Assembly: GCA_031259605.1 (NCBI GenBank)
Contig: JAIRLE010000029.1
Span: 1 to 37,069, forward strand
Direction of reading: 5' to 3'
Length of the DNA: 37,069 nucleotides
DNA from: Zoogloeaceae bacterium
GTDB taxonomy: Bacteria; Pseudomonadota; Gammaproteobacteria; Burkholderiales; Rhodocyclaceae
This document shows positions 7,999 through 17,519 of the stretch, piece after piece. The notes below the pieces were generated by a model. That model saw only the letters and a list, made by a program, of their open reading frames with translations, ran no database searches and was not told where the DNA came from. The position numbers and the translations under genes were made by a program. Position 1 is the stretch's first letter. Every line of letters begins with the position of its first letter.

Positions 7999-10689
7999 CT
8001 AATTGCCGTTCGTATCGACAAAACTGCGGAGCCGATCGGAACGGGTGGGGTGGCGCAGTTTTCGCAGCGCCTTGGCTTCGATTTGCCGAATGCGTTCGCG
8101 GGTGACGTCGAACTGCTTGCCGACTTCTTCCAGCGTGTGGTCGTTGTTCATTTCAATGCCAAAACGCATACGCAGCACCTTGGCTTCCCGCTGTGTCAGG
8201 GTATCCAGTATTTCCGCCGTGACTTCCCGCAAGCTGGAATACATGGCGGCGTCGGCAGGCGCCAGGGTCGCGGTGTCCTCGATGAAGTCGCCCAGATGCG
8301 AATCGTCGTCGTCGCCAATCGGCGTTTCCATGGAGATCGGCTCCTTGGAGATTTTCATGATCTTGCGCACCTTGTCTTCCGGCATTTCCATCTTTTCCGC
8401 CAGTGTCGCCGGATCGGGTTCAAAGCCGGTTTCCTGCAAAATCTGGCGGTTGATGCGATTCATCTTGTTGATGGTCTCGATCATATGCACCGGAATGCGA
8501 ATGGTGCGCGCCTGATCCGCAATCGAGCGGGTGATGGCTTGCCGGATCCACCACGTCGCATAGGTGGAAAACTTGTAGCCGCGCCGATATTCGAATTTGT
8601 CGACGGCTTTCATCAGGCCGATGTTGCCTTCCTGAATCAGATCAAGGAATTGCAGGCCGCGATTGGTGTACTTCTTGGCGATGGAGATGACCAGTCGCAG
8701 GTTGGCTACGGTCATATCGCATTTGGCGCGCCTGGCCTTGGCCTCGCCGCTGCTCATTTGCTTGTAGATGCCCTTCAGCTCTTTCAGCGGCAGCCCCAGG
8801 CGATTTTGCAGGTCGATGAGTTTTTGTTGTTCCTCGCGGATATTGGGCGCATTACGTTTCAATATATCGGCATAATGTTTGGGCGCGTTGCTGATTTCCG
8901 TTTCCACCCATTCCAGACGAGTTTCGTTGCCGGGGAAGTTCTCCAGGAAACTGGGGCGCGGCATACGCACTTTGTCTACACAGATACGCTGAATGTTGCG
9001 CTCGGATTCACGCACACGCTCCACCATGCCGCGTACGCTGTTGCAAAAGCGTTCAATGACGCGGGAAGTGAAGCGGATGTTCAACAGTTCGTTGCTGATC
9101 TGCTGTTGCAGGGCAAGATAGTTTTTGTGCTGTGACCCCTTGCTGCTCAATACCTTGAGCATTTTGCCGTAATCGGCGCGGATGCGCTCGAAGTGCGCCA
9201 GCGCATCCGCTTTCAGTTGCGCCAGAGAGGCGGATGCGGCGCGGCTTTCGGCGTCTTCATCCGATTCTTCGTCTTCGTTTTCGTCCTTTTCTTCCTTGTC
9301 GCTGTCTTCGCTTACGGCTTCTTCCGTATCGTCTTCGCGCTGTTCCTTTTCCGGCGCGTCCGGATCGACCAGGCCATCGACCAGCTCATCGATGCGGATT
9401 TCGTCCCTTTTTACCTTGTCGACCATCTCCAGAATTTCGGCAATGGTGGTCGGGCAGGCGGAAATGGCCTGCACCATGTGTTTCAGGCCTTCTTCAATGC
9501 GTTTGGCGATCTCGATCTCGCCTTCGCGGGTGAGCAGTTCCACCACGCCCATTTCGCGCATGTACAGGCGCACCGGGTCGGTCGTGCGACCATATTCGGA
9601 CTCGACGGTGGAAAGCAGCACCCGCATGGGTTCGTCGTCTTCATCGTCGTCGTCGCCAGGCGCGGCGGCGGGCGCATCGGACAACAACAGGTCTTCATCG
9701 GCGGGCGCTTCGTCAAACACCTTGATGTTCATGTCGCTGAACATGGTGATGATGGATTCAATCTGCTCGGCATCCACCACGTCATCCGGCAGGTGGTCGC
9801 TGATTTCGGCGTGGGTCAGATAGCCGCGTTCCTTGCCCAGCTTGATCAGCTCTTTCAGGCGCAGCCTGCGCATTTCGACGTCTACTTCCGTTTGCGCGGT
9901 GCCATTGACCATATTCAGGATGCTTTCCGCCGCCTTGTCCTTTTTGCTGGATCGCGTCCTGAGCGCCCTGGCGGCCGCCGCCGCTTCTTTTGCCGCTTCT
10001 CTCGCGGCTTTGGCTTTTGCCCTGGCGGCTTCCCTCGCGGCTTTTTCCGCTTCCTTTGCCGCCACCTTCGCGGCTTTTTCCGCCGCCTTGGCGGCTTCCT
10101 TCGCGACCTTCGCCGTTTCCCTCGCGCTTTTCTCTGCGCGCGCTTTCTCTTTCTTGACGGCAGCATCGGCCTTTGCCTTTGTCGGCGCTTTTTCCACCTT
10201 GTCTTTCGCGGCGTTACGGGCGGGCTGGGGGGTTTTGTCTGGCGGCGCTATGGACGCGGCGTTGGTCGCCGCCTCCTTGTCCGCGGTCGTGGCGGTTATC
10301 CGCCTGGACGCAGGTTTGGCTGGCGTTTTGGGGGTTACCTTGCTTGCGGCCTTGGCGGGCGCGGATTTCTTCTCCGGCGCAGCTTTTCCCTTCCCTGACG
10401 CGGCAGTCCCGGCGGTTTGCGCAGGCGGCGCGACCGTCTTTGCCGCCGTCTTGTCCGTCGCGCGCGCGGAGGTTCCCGATGTTTTCCTGGTGACGGCGCG
10501 AGACGCGGATTTTACGGTCTCCGGCGCGAGCTTGCGAGCTACCCTGTCTGTCGCCGGTGGTTTTTTCGCGTCAGTTGGCGTTTTTGCCTTGCGTGGCGCG
10601 GTTTGCGCCGCCGTTTTTACAGATTTCCTGCGCGATGCGTTCTTCGCAGTTTCTATACCTTTGTTTTTGCTGCTCTTGTCTGTAACCAT
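7999..10689 (-). CDS. rpoD: RNA polymerase primary sigma factor RpoD with a long Ala/Lys-rich N-terminal extension
   Basis: Region 1.1 GKERGYLT, region 1.2 [14 protein letters not shown], region 2 [60 protein letters not shown], region 4 [30 protein letters not shown]. Confidence 0.98.
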   Translation of the reverse strand: MVTDKSSKNKGIETAKNASRRKSVKTAAQTAPRKAKTPTDAKKPPATDRVARKLAPETVKSASRAVTRKTSGTSARATDKTAAKTVAPPAQTAGTAASGKGKAAPEKKSAPAKAASKVTPKTPAKPASRRITATTADKEAATNAASIAPPDKTPQPARNAAKDKVEKAPTKAKADAAVKKEKARAEKSARETAKVAKEAAKAAEKAAKVAAKEAEKAAREAARAKAKAAREAAKEAAAAARALRTRSSKKDKAAESILNMVNGTAQTEVDVEMRRLRLKELIKLGKERGYLTHAEISDHLPDDVVDAEQIESIITMFSDMNIKVFDEAPADEDLLLSDAPAAAPGDDDDEDDEPMRVLLSTVESEYGRTTDPVRLYMREMGVVELLTREGEIEIAKRIEEGLKHMVQAISACPTTIAEILEMVDKVKRDEIRIDELVDGLVDPDAPEKEQREDDTEEAVSEDSDKEEKDENEDEESDEDAESRAASASLAQLKADALAHFERIRADYGKMLKVLSSKGSQHKNYLALQQQISNELLNIRFTSRVIERFCNSVRGMVERVRESERNIQRICVDKVRMPRPSFLENFPGNETRLEWVETEISNAPKHYADILKRNAPNIREEQQKLIDLQNRLGLPLKELKGIYKQMSSGEAKARRAKCDMTVANLRLVISIAKKYTNRGLQFLDLIQEGNIGLMKAVDKFEYRRGYKFSTYATWWIRQAITRSIADQARTIRIPVHMIETINKMNRINRQILQETGFEPDPATLAEKMEMPEDKVRKIMKISKEPISMETPIGDDDDSHLGDFIEDTATLAPADAAMYSSLREVTAEILDTLTQREAKVLRMRFGIEMNNDHTLEEVGKQFDVTRERIRQIEAKALRKLRHPTRSDRLRSFVDTNGN

Positions 10690-10733
10690 GGACGCCTACT
10701 TTTCTGCTGGTAAAGAAGTCAGAGAAACCAACA

Positions 10734-10764
10734 ATTCTAGCACAAACTCAAAGAATTTTGACAA
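10734..10764 (-). promoter_or_regulatory. Putative internal promoter for rpoD
   Basis: Minus strand TTGTCA, 19-bp spacer, then TGc-TAGAAT (extended -10), 45 bp upstream of the rpoD ATG. Confidence 0.45.
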
Positions 10765-10812
10765 ACCATTCCGCATTTTTGTTCTGCCGGAGAAAATGCG
10801 CTGAAAGCCGCG

Positions 10813-10979
10813 TCATCGTAAAACCAACTCCGGTTTGAAACCCCGCCCGTTGATAAGGCGCGAAGGTTGAGACCCCGGCCGCGGCCGGGGTTTCGACCGT
10901 AGCCATTCTTGAGAGGAGAGAAACCCCTTCCCAATGGAGTTGGACCGACAGCCCTGAAGGGCTGTCGCTGATTTTTGCT
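10813..10979. repeat. 167-bp structured intergenic repeat, copy 1 (between dnaG and rpoD)
   Basis: Ungapped match to 13721-13887 with 12 mismatches by manual alignment. Contains the 20-bp perfect palindrome ACCCCGGCCGCGGCCGGGGT and the hairpin CGACAGCCC-TGAA-GGGCTGTCG. Confidence 0.95.
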
Positions 10980-10990
10980 GGAGGAGGGAT

Positions 10991-11010
10991 CGGCACAATC
11001 CGGCACAATC
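10991..11010. repeat. 10-bp tandem duplication CGGCACAATC x2
   Basis: Read directly. It overlaps the dnaG stop codon and lies 11 bp from the 167-bp element. Confidence 0.85.
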
Positions 11011-12754
11011 ACGCGGAAGTTTTTTTACTGTTTCTGTGCGCCAGGGCGCGGAAGCGTTCTTTTTCTTCCTCACTCAAGCCCATCATGCCGAACTGTTGCG
11101 CCTGCGTTTGCAAATGTTCGAATTCCGTGTCCTGGGCGGCGGCTTCCAGGCGCGACACGGCGGCCTGAAATTCGTTCTCTACCGCTGCGTCTTCCAACTT
11201 CATGTCCATCCATTCGCCCGCCAGCGCGTCCAGTGCGCGTTCTTGCGCGTCGCCGCGCAACTGCTCGCGCAATTGGGCATAGCTGGGCGCGGGCGGCAAA
11301 TACGCCACGGCGCGGGCAATGGCCTCCAGCATTTGCCGCTCCGGGCTTGCGGGCAATTGCGCCAGCGGAATCCGCGCCGCCAGTTCTGGTTTTTGCAATA
11401 CCAGACGCAGCAAGGCGCGCGTGAGCGATGGCGCGTGACGCGCCGCTTTCGGCGGGGCGGGCGGCGCGTAGCCGCGAATGCCGCACAACCGTTCCACTTC
11501 GGTCTGCGAGAAACCGCTGGCCTCCGCCAGACGCTTGACCAGTTGCAGACGCAGCAGTGGCACGGGAATTCGCAGGAGCAGCGGCTTGGCTTCGGCAACC
11601 AGCCGCGCCTTGCCTTCCGAAGTGGTCAAATCGCAACGCGCGCTCAACTCGCGCAGCAGAAAATCAGAAAGCGGCACCGCCTGGGCGATCAGGCGGGTAA
11701 AGGCGTTCTTGCCCGCTTTGCGAATGAAACTGTCCGGATCTTCCGGCTCCGGCAAAAAGGCGAAGGCGATGATCTTGTTGTCGGCGAGCGCCTCCAGCGC
11801 GTTATCCAATGCTCTGGAAGCGGCCTTGCGTCCGGCGGCGTCGCCATCGAAACAGAAAACGACGCGATCCACCTGACGCAAGAGTTTTTGCACGTGTGTC
11901 GGCGTGGTGGCCGTGCCCAGCGTGGCGACCGCATTGCCGACATCATGTTGCGCCAGCGCCACCACATCCATGTAGCCTTCCACCACGATGGCGCAATTTT
12001 CTTCGCGCAGCGCCTGGCGCGCCTGCGGCAGTCCGAACAGTTCGCGCCCTTTTTCAAACAACGGCGTTTCCGGCGAATTCAGGTACTTGGGTTCGCCCTG
12101 ATCCAGGATGCGTCCGCCAAAACCGATAACCTCGCCTCTGGCGTTGATGATGGGAAACATGATGCGATCCCGGAAACGGTCGTGCCGCCGTCCGTTTTCG
12201 CTGTCGATGACCAGTCCCGTCGCCAGCATTTCCGGGGAAGCGTAATCGGCAAATACCGCCTGCAACGTCTGCCAGCCTTCCGGCGCGTAGCCCATGCCGA
12301 ATCTTGCTGCCACTTCGTCGCTCAGCCCCCGGTTTTTCAGGTAAGAAGCAGCGCGCTCGTTTTTTTCCAGGGCGGCCTTGTAGAACGCCTGCGCCTCACT
12401 CATGCGCTCGCTCAAGCGGCGCAGGCGGCTGCCGTGTTCGGCGTTGCCGCCTCGATGGCTTCGCTCTTCCGGAACCTGCATGCCCATCGAGGCCGCCAGT
12501 TCCTTGACCGCATCGACAAAACCCATGCCCTGGTATTCCATGAGAAAACCGATGGCCGTGCCATGCGCGCCGCATCCGAAGCAGTGATAAAACTGCTTGC
12601 TCGGACTGACGGTGAAGGAAGGCGTTTTTTCGTTGTGGAAAGGGCAGCAGGCCATGTAATTGGCCCCCGCCTTTTTCAGCGGCACGTATTTATCGATCAG
12701 GTCGACGATGTCGACTCGCGCCAGTACGTCCTGGATGAAGGATTCCGGGATCAT
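11009..12754 (-). CDS. dnaG: DNA primase
   Basis: Start set at MIPESFIQDVL (12754), because the ORF track's upstream extension overlaps yqeY. Zn-finger CPFHNEKTPSF...CFGC, DRFRDRIMFPI, PKYLNSPET, TOPRIM VEGYMDV and FDGDAAG. Confidence 0.97.
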   Translation of the reverse strand: MIPESFIQDVLARVDIVDLIDKYVPLKKAGANYMACCPFHNEKTPSFTVSPSKQFYHCFGCGAHGTAIGFLMEYQGMGFVDAVKELAASMGMQVPEERSHRGGNAEHGSRLRRLSERMSEAQAFYKAALEKNERAASYLKNRGLSDEVAARFGMGYAPEGWQTLQAVFADYASPEMLATGLVIDSENGRRHDRFRDRIMFPIINARGEVIGFGGRILDQGEPKYLNSPETPLFEKGRELFGLPQARQALREENCAIVVEGYMDVVALAQHDVGNAVATLGTATTPTHVQKLLRQVDRVVFCFDGDAAGRKAASRALDNALEALADNKIIAFAFLPEPEDPDSFIRKAGKNAFTRLIAQAVPLSDFLLRELSARCDLTTSEGKARLVAEAKPLLLRIPVPLLRLQLVKRLAEASGFSQTEVERLCGIRGYAPPAPPKAARHAPSLTRALLRLVLQKPELAARIPLAQLPASPERQMLEAIARAVAYLPPAPSYAQLREQLRGDAQERALDALAGEWMDMKLEDAAVENEFQAAVSRLEAAAQDTEFEHLQTQAQQFGMMGLSEEEKERFRALAHRNSKKTSA

Positions 12755-12764
12755 GCGCGCCGTA

Positions 12765-13208
12765 TCAGGCGAAACGCGCCTTGACCCGCCCCGACACCGT
12801 GCCCATGTCCGCCTTGCCGGAAAGCCGCAGCGTGAGAATGCCCATGACCTTGCCCATGTCGGCGGATGTCGTTGCGCCGGTTTCACGGAAGGCGGCGTCA
12901 ATGGCGGCGTCGACTTCCTCGACGCTCATTTTTTCGGGAAGATAGGCGCAAAGCACACTGATTTCCTGGCGTTCCTTGTCGGCCAGATCCGCGCGCCCCG
13001 CCGCCTCGAACTGAACCAGGCTTTCCTTGCCGCGCTTGACCATTTTTTCAACGACGGCAATGATGCCTTCGTCGTCAAGGTCGATGCGTCCATCGACTTC
13101 TTTTTGCCGGATGGCGGCTACCAGCAGACGGATCGCGCCCAGGCGCACCGTCTCGCCTGCCTTCAGGGCGGCTTTCATGTCTTCGTGGATGCTTGAGCGC
13201 AGACTCAT
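12765..13208 (-). CDS. yqeY: GatB/YqeY domain-containing protein
   Basis: MSLRSSIHEDMKAALKA, AAIRQKEVD, AGRADLADKE, YLP, DMGKVMG, GKADMG. Typical position between rpsU and dnaG. Confidence 0.92.
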   Translation of the reverse strand: MSLRSSIHEDMKAALKAGETVRLGAIRLLVAAIRQKEVDGRIDLDDEGIIAVVEKMVKRGKESLVQFEAAGRADLADKERQEISVLCAYLPEKMSVEEVDAAIDAAFRETGATTSADMGKVMGILTLRLSGKADMGTVSGRVKARFA

Positions 13209-13246
13209 GTTTCATTCTCCCGGTGCGAAGGATTGGGTAACAACAC

Positions 13247-13274
13247 AAAAAGCCGCTGTCGAACGACGAGCGGC
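13247..13274 (-). terminator. Intrinsic terminator/attenuator downstream of rpsU
   Basis: Minus strand GCCGCT-CGTCGTTCGAC-AGCGGC-TTTTT. Same position as the E. coli t1 terminator between rpsU and dnaG. Confidence 0.7.
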
Positions 13275-13309
13275 CTTGCAAAACGCCGAAAAAAAACCGG
13301 TACGGCGAA

Positions 13310-13522
13310 TCAGTACAATTTTGGCGGCAATGTCATGCTGCGCAGGCGCTTGTGATGGCGCTTGACGGCAGCGGCTGCCTTGCGTTTGCGCTCGGCGGTC
13401 GGTTTTTCATAAAACTCGCGGGCGCGCAGTTCGGTCAGCAAGCCGGTCTTTTCGACCGCGCGCTTGAAGCGGCGAATGGCAACCTCGAACGGCTCGTTTT
13501 CCTTGACGCGAATGCTTGGCAT
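13310..13522 (-). CDS. rpsU: 30S ribosomal protein S21
   Basis: [56 protein letters not shown]. Confidence 0.99.
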   Translation of the reverse strand: MPSIRVKENEPFEVAIRRFKRAVEKTGLLTELRAREFYEKPTAERKRKAAAAVKRHHKRLRSMTLPPKLY

Positions 13523-13597
13523 CTAAAATCACCCCCTTTTGGTCAGGCAGCGTCCCTGCCTGGTTAATCGTTGCGTCCGACAAGACGAAAAGCAGCG

Positions 13598-13626
13598 ATT
13601 ATAACGTCTTTTTTAATGCTGCGCTA
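13598..13626 (-). promoter_or_regulatory. Putative rpsU promoter
   Basis: Perfect -10 TATAAT on the minus strand (13603-13598). The -35 at 17-bp spacing is weak (TAGCGC). Confidence 0.35.
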
Positions 13627-13720
13627 TTTATTGCATCCCTCCGCGTATGTGAACAACAAAGCACAGGAGCGGATATCTCCGTGGCCGCATACGTGGCAAT
13701 GCCACTTCGGTGCGCGATTT

Positions 13721-13887
13721 TCATCGTAAAACCAACTCCGGTTTGAAACCCCGCCCGTAAGAAAGGCGCGAAGGCTGAGACCCCGGCCGCGGCCGGGGTT
13801 TCGACCGTAGCCATTCTCGCGGGGAGGGAACCCCCTTGCCAATGGAGTTGGACCGACAGCCCTGAAGGGCTGTCGCTAATTTTTGCT
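13721..13887. repeat. 167-bp structured intergenic repeat, copy 2 (between rpsU and mraZ)
   Basis: Same orientation as 10813-10979, offset 2908 bp, 155/167 identical. Confidence 0.95.
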
Positions 13888-14020
13888 TGTTGCCATAATC
13901 TTGATAATCGACTTTAACTTCAATCTATCAAACATTGATTTTAAAGAAAAATATATTCCGATTCTGCATGCAAAATCGCGGCTAAGTCCTTGTCTTGATT
14001 CAAAAATTTGTAAAAAACGC

Positions 14021-14092
14021 TTGCATTGGGTTTGGGAGTGTTTTAAAGTGGAAAAATGTGTTGGAAAGTGGAGAAAAAGTTCACAAAAGTGG
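14021..14092 (+). promoter_or_regulatory. dcw (mraZ) promoter with MraZ-box direct repeats
   Basis: TTGCAT (14021-26), 17-bp spacer, TAAAGT (14044-49). GTG cores recur at exact 10-bp period (14038, 14048, 14058, 14068) and AAAGTGG occurs at 14045, 14065 and 14086. This fits the known MraZ autoregulatory repeats. Confidence 0.75.
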
Positions 14093-14109
14093 ATTTCGTT
14101 GTTATCGAT

Positions 14110-14543
14110 ATGTTTCAGGGAACCGCTACGCTCACGTTGGACGCCAAGGGACGCTTCGCCATTCCGGCATTGCACCGGGAGGCGCTTGCGCGGACGTGCG
14201 AGGAGGAATTGACCATCACGGCGCATCCGGATGGTTGTCTGTTGCTTTATCCGCGTTCCGTCTGGCAGCAGGTGCAGGAAAAGCTGATGCGTTCGACGAT
14301 TCAGGACGCGCAGCGCTTGAAGCGGATACTGAACGGCAACGCGCGTGATGACACGATGGATTCGGCGGGGCGTCTGCTCATTGCGCCGGAACTGCGCAAG
14401 CTTGCGCGGCTGGAAAAAAAGATTGTCATGGCAGGCATGGGCAAGCGTTTCGAACTCTGGGACGAGATGGCCTGGGAGCGGCAGAACGATTTGAGCATGG
14501 AGGTGAAATCCCTGATGCCGCCGGGTCTTGAGGATTTGTTGCA

Positions 14544-14547
<4 letters not shown>
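14110..14547 (+). CDS. mraZ: Division/cell wall cluster transcriptional repressor MraZ
   Basis: [53 protein letters not shown] (two SpoVT-AbrB repeats). Start set at ATG 14110. Confidence 0.96.
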
Positions 14548-15489
<942 letters not shown>

Positions 15490-15503
<14 letters not shown>

Positions 15504-15765
15504 CTGCTTCATTCTGCTCTTGTTGATACTGGCTTCCGCTCTGGGAACCGTGACCGCCCAGAACAAGGCGCGCAAGCTCTATCAGGCGCTGGAAGCGGAA
15601 CAGGAACACGCGCGGCAACTGGAAGTGGAATACAACCAGTTGCAACTGGAGCTGGCGACCTGGGCCGGTCACGCGCGTATCGAGCAGATTGCGCGCGGTC
15701 CGCAGCTCAAGATGGTGGCGCCGGTACTGAATTTTCCGGGCGCGGCGTCTGGGGGAGGGCATTGA
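15490..15765 (+). CDS. ftsL: Cell division protein FtsL
   Basis: Small bitopic protein with a leucine-zipper coiled coil ([24 protein letters not shown]), between rsmH and ftsI. Confidence 0.9.
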
Positions 15766-17519
15766 TGTCCATCATCCGCCGCCGTCGCATCGCGGCCAAG
15801 GCGCATCAGTTTGCGGAAAATCCCCTGCTGCAACTGGCGTTGCCGGACTGGCGTTCGCGCTTTGCCGTGCTGACCCTGCTTTTTTTGTTTCTGGTCTTGT
15901 TGGGGCAGGCCTTCTATTTGCAGGTGATTCATAACGATACCCTGCAAAAAGAAGGCAATTCGCGTTATCTGCGCGATCTGGAAGTACCGGCTTCGCGCGG
16001 CAAGATTACCGATCGCAACGGCAATCTGCTGGCCATCAGCGCGCCGATGAAATCCATCTGGGCCATTCCCGCCGATGCGCGTCTGGAGCCGCAACAGCAA
16101 AAGGCGCTGGCGAAGCTCTTGGAGATGGAAGCCAGGGAACTGAACCGGCGTCTGGCCGCGGAGAAGAATTTTGTTTACCTTCGGCGGCAGGTCGCGCCGG
16201 AGATGGCGGCGCGCATTGCCGCCCTGCAACTGCCGGGGATTTTTCAGGGCGACGCGTTCCGCCGTTTCTATCCAGCGGCGGAAATGACGGCGCATGTGGT
16301 GGGTTTTGCCGGTATTGACGACAAGGGACAAGAAGGCGTGGAGCTGGCCTTTCAGGACGAACTCACGGGCGTCTCCGGGCATCGCAGCGTCATCCGCGAC
16401 CGGCGCGGGCGGATTGTCGAGGATGTCAAGGGAATGCGGCCGCCGCAGGATGGACGGGATATTCTGTTGGCGCTGGATTCCAAGATTCAATATCTGGCTT
16501 TTTCCGCCGTCAAGCAGGCGGTTCATGAGCATCGGGCGAAAGCGGCGAGCGCCGTGGTGCTGGATGCGCAAAATGGCGAGGTGCTGGCGCTCGCCAACTG
16601 GCCTTCCTACAACCCGAACGATTTTTCCCAGCGTTTTGGCTCGAAATTGCGCAATCTTGCCGTGACCGACAGTTTTGAGCCGGGTTCCACGCTGAAGCCC
16701 TTTACCGTGGCGCTGGCGCTGGAAAAGGGGCGTTACCGTTTTGACAGCTACATCGATTGTTCGCCGGGGCGATTGACCATCGGCAACGCCACCATTTCGG
16801 ATTCCCATGCCTACGGCCAGCTTACCCTGGCGCAGGTGATTCAGAAATCTTCCAACGTCGGCACCGCCAAAATCGCCGCCGCCTTTCAACCGAAGGAAAT
16901 GTGGGAGATGTTCAGTGGTCTGGGTTTTGGCGCGCCGCCGCGCCTGGATTTTCCCGGCGTGGTCGGTGGACGCCTGCGTCCCTGGAAAAGCTGGCAGCCG
17001 ATTGAGCAGGCTACCATGTCATATGGACATGGCATTTCCGCCAGCCTGTTGCAATTGGCTTCGTCCTATCTGGTTTTCGCCCGTGATGGCGATTTGATCC
17101 CGCTTTCCCTGCGCTTGCGCGAGGGCGCGCCGCCACGCGGCGTACCTGTGTTTTCCTCGCAGACGGCGCGTGAAATGCGCGCCATGCTGGAGATGGCGGT
17201 GCGTCCCGGCGGCACAGCGCCGCGCGCGCAGGTGCCGGGCTATCGCGTCGGCGGCAAAACCGGCACGGCCTACAAGATTGAGGGCATGGATTACGCGCGC
17301 GACAGGTATGTGGCTTCCTTTGTGGGCATCGCGCCCATGTCGGCCCCGCGCCTGGTGGTCGCGGTGATGATCGACGAACCTTCGGCGGGGCAACACTATG
17401 GCGGCATGGTGGCCGCGCCGGTATTCGCCAAGATTACGGCGGGCGCGCTGCGGACACTGGGCATTGCGCCGGACATAACGACGCAGGTCGCCGCCCTGCC
17501 TGCGGAGACGCCGCTATGA
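15765..17519 (+). CDS. ftsI: Peptidoglycan transpeptidase FtsI (PBP3)
   Basis: RGKITDRNG, RRFYP, GQEGVE, EPGSTLKPF (SxxK), KSSNVG (SxN), GGKTGTA (KTG). Confidence 0.96.
   Translation: MSIIRRRRIAAKAHQFAENPLLQLALPDWRSRFAVLTLLFLFLVLLGQAFYLQVIHNDTLQKEGNSRYLRDLEVPASRGKITDRNGNLLAISAPMKSIWAIPADARLEPQQQKALAKLLEMEARELNRRLAAEKNFVYLRRQVAPEMAARIAALQLPGIFQGDAFRRFYPAAEMTAHVVGFAGIDDKGQEGVELAFQDELTGVSGHRSVIRDRRGRIVEDVKGMRPPQDGRDILLALDSKIQYLAFSAVKQAVHEHRAKAASAVVLDAQNGEVLALANWPSYNPNDFSQRFGSKLRNLAVTDSFEPGSTLKPFTVALALEKGRYRFDSYIDCSPGRLTIGNATISDSHAYGQLTLAQVIQKSSNVGTAKIAAAFQPKEMWEMFSGLGFGAPPRLDFPGVVGGRLRPWKSWQPIEQATMSYGHGISASLLQLASSYLVFARDGDLIPLSLRLREGAPPRGVPVFSSQTAREMRAMLEMAVRPGGTAPRAQVPGYRVGGKTGTAYKIEGMDYARDRYVASFVGIAPMSAPRLVVAVMIDEPSAGQHYGGMVAAPVFAKITAGALRTLGIAPDITTQVAALPAETPL

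Noticed and set aside
10758-10790. Perfect plus-strand TTGACA as a promoter driving repeat copy 1 as an sRNA
   Set aside because: No acceptable -10 at 16-18 bp spacing and no equivalent before copy 2. The same bases serve as the minus-strand -35 candidate for rpoD.
13599-13814. Small minus-strand ORFs sharing MATVETPAAAGVS.FAP..RAGFQTGVGFTM (also in 10748-11008), suggesting a duplicated peptide gene
   Set aside because: The shared peptide is just the translation of the 167-bp repeat. The ORFs diverge completely outside the repeat, have different stops and show no recognisable domain.
10813-13887. CRISPR array, or composite transposon / prophage att sites
   Set aside because: Only two long copies enclosing housekeeping genes. 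There is no repeat-spacer periodicity and no cas, transposase or integrase gene in the window.
13888-14050. AT-rich stretch as a possible replication origin
   Set aside because: No TTATCCACA-type DnaA boxes seen. It is explained as the promoter region between divergent rpsU and mraZ.
13530-14100. Possible rnpB, tRNA or known riboswitch upstream of mraZ
   Set aside because: I found no RNase P signatures (GAGGAAAGTCC, AGAACCCGGCTTA), no tRNA cloverleaf or T-loop, and no riboswitch consensus I recognise. An Rfam scan is still advisable.
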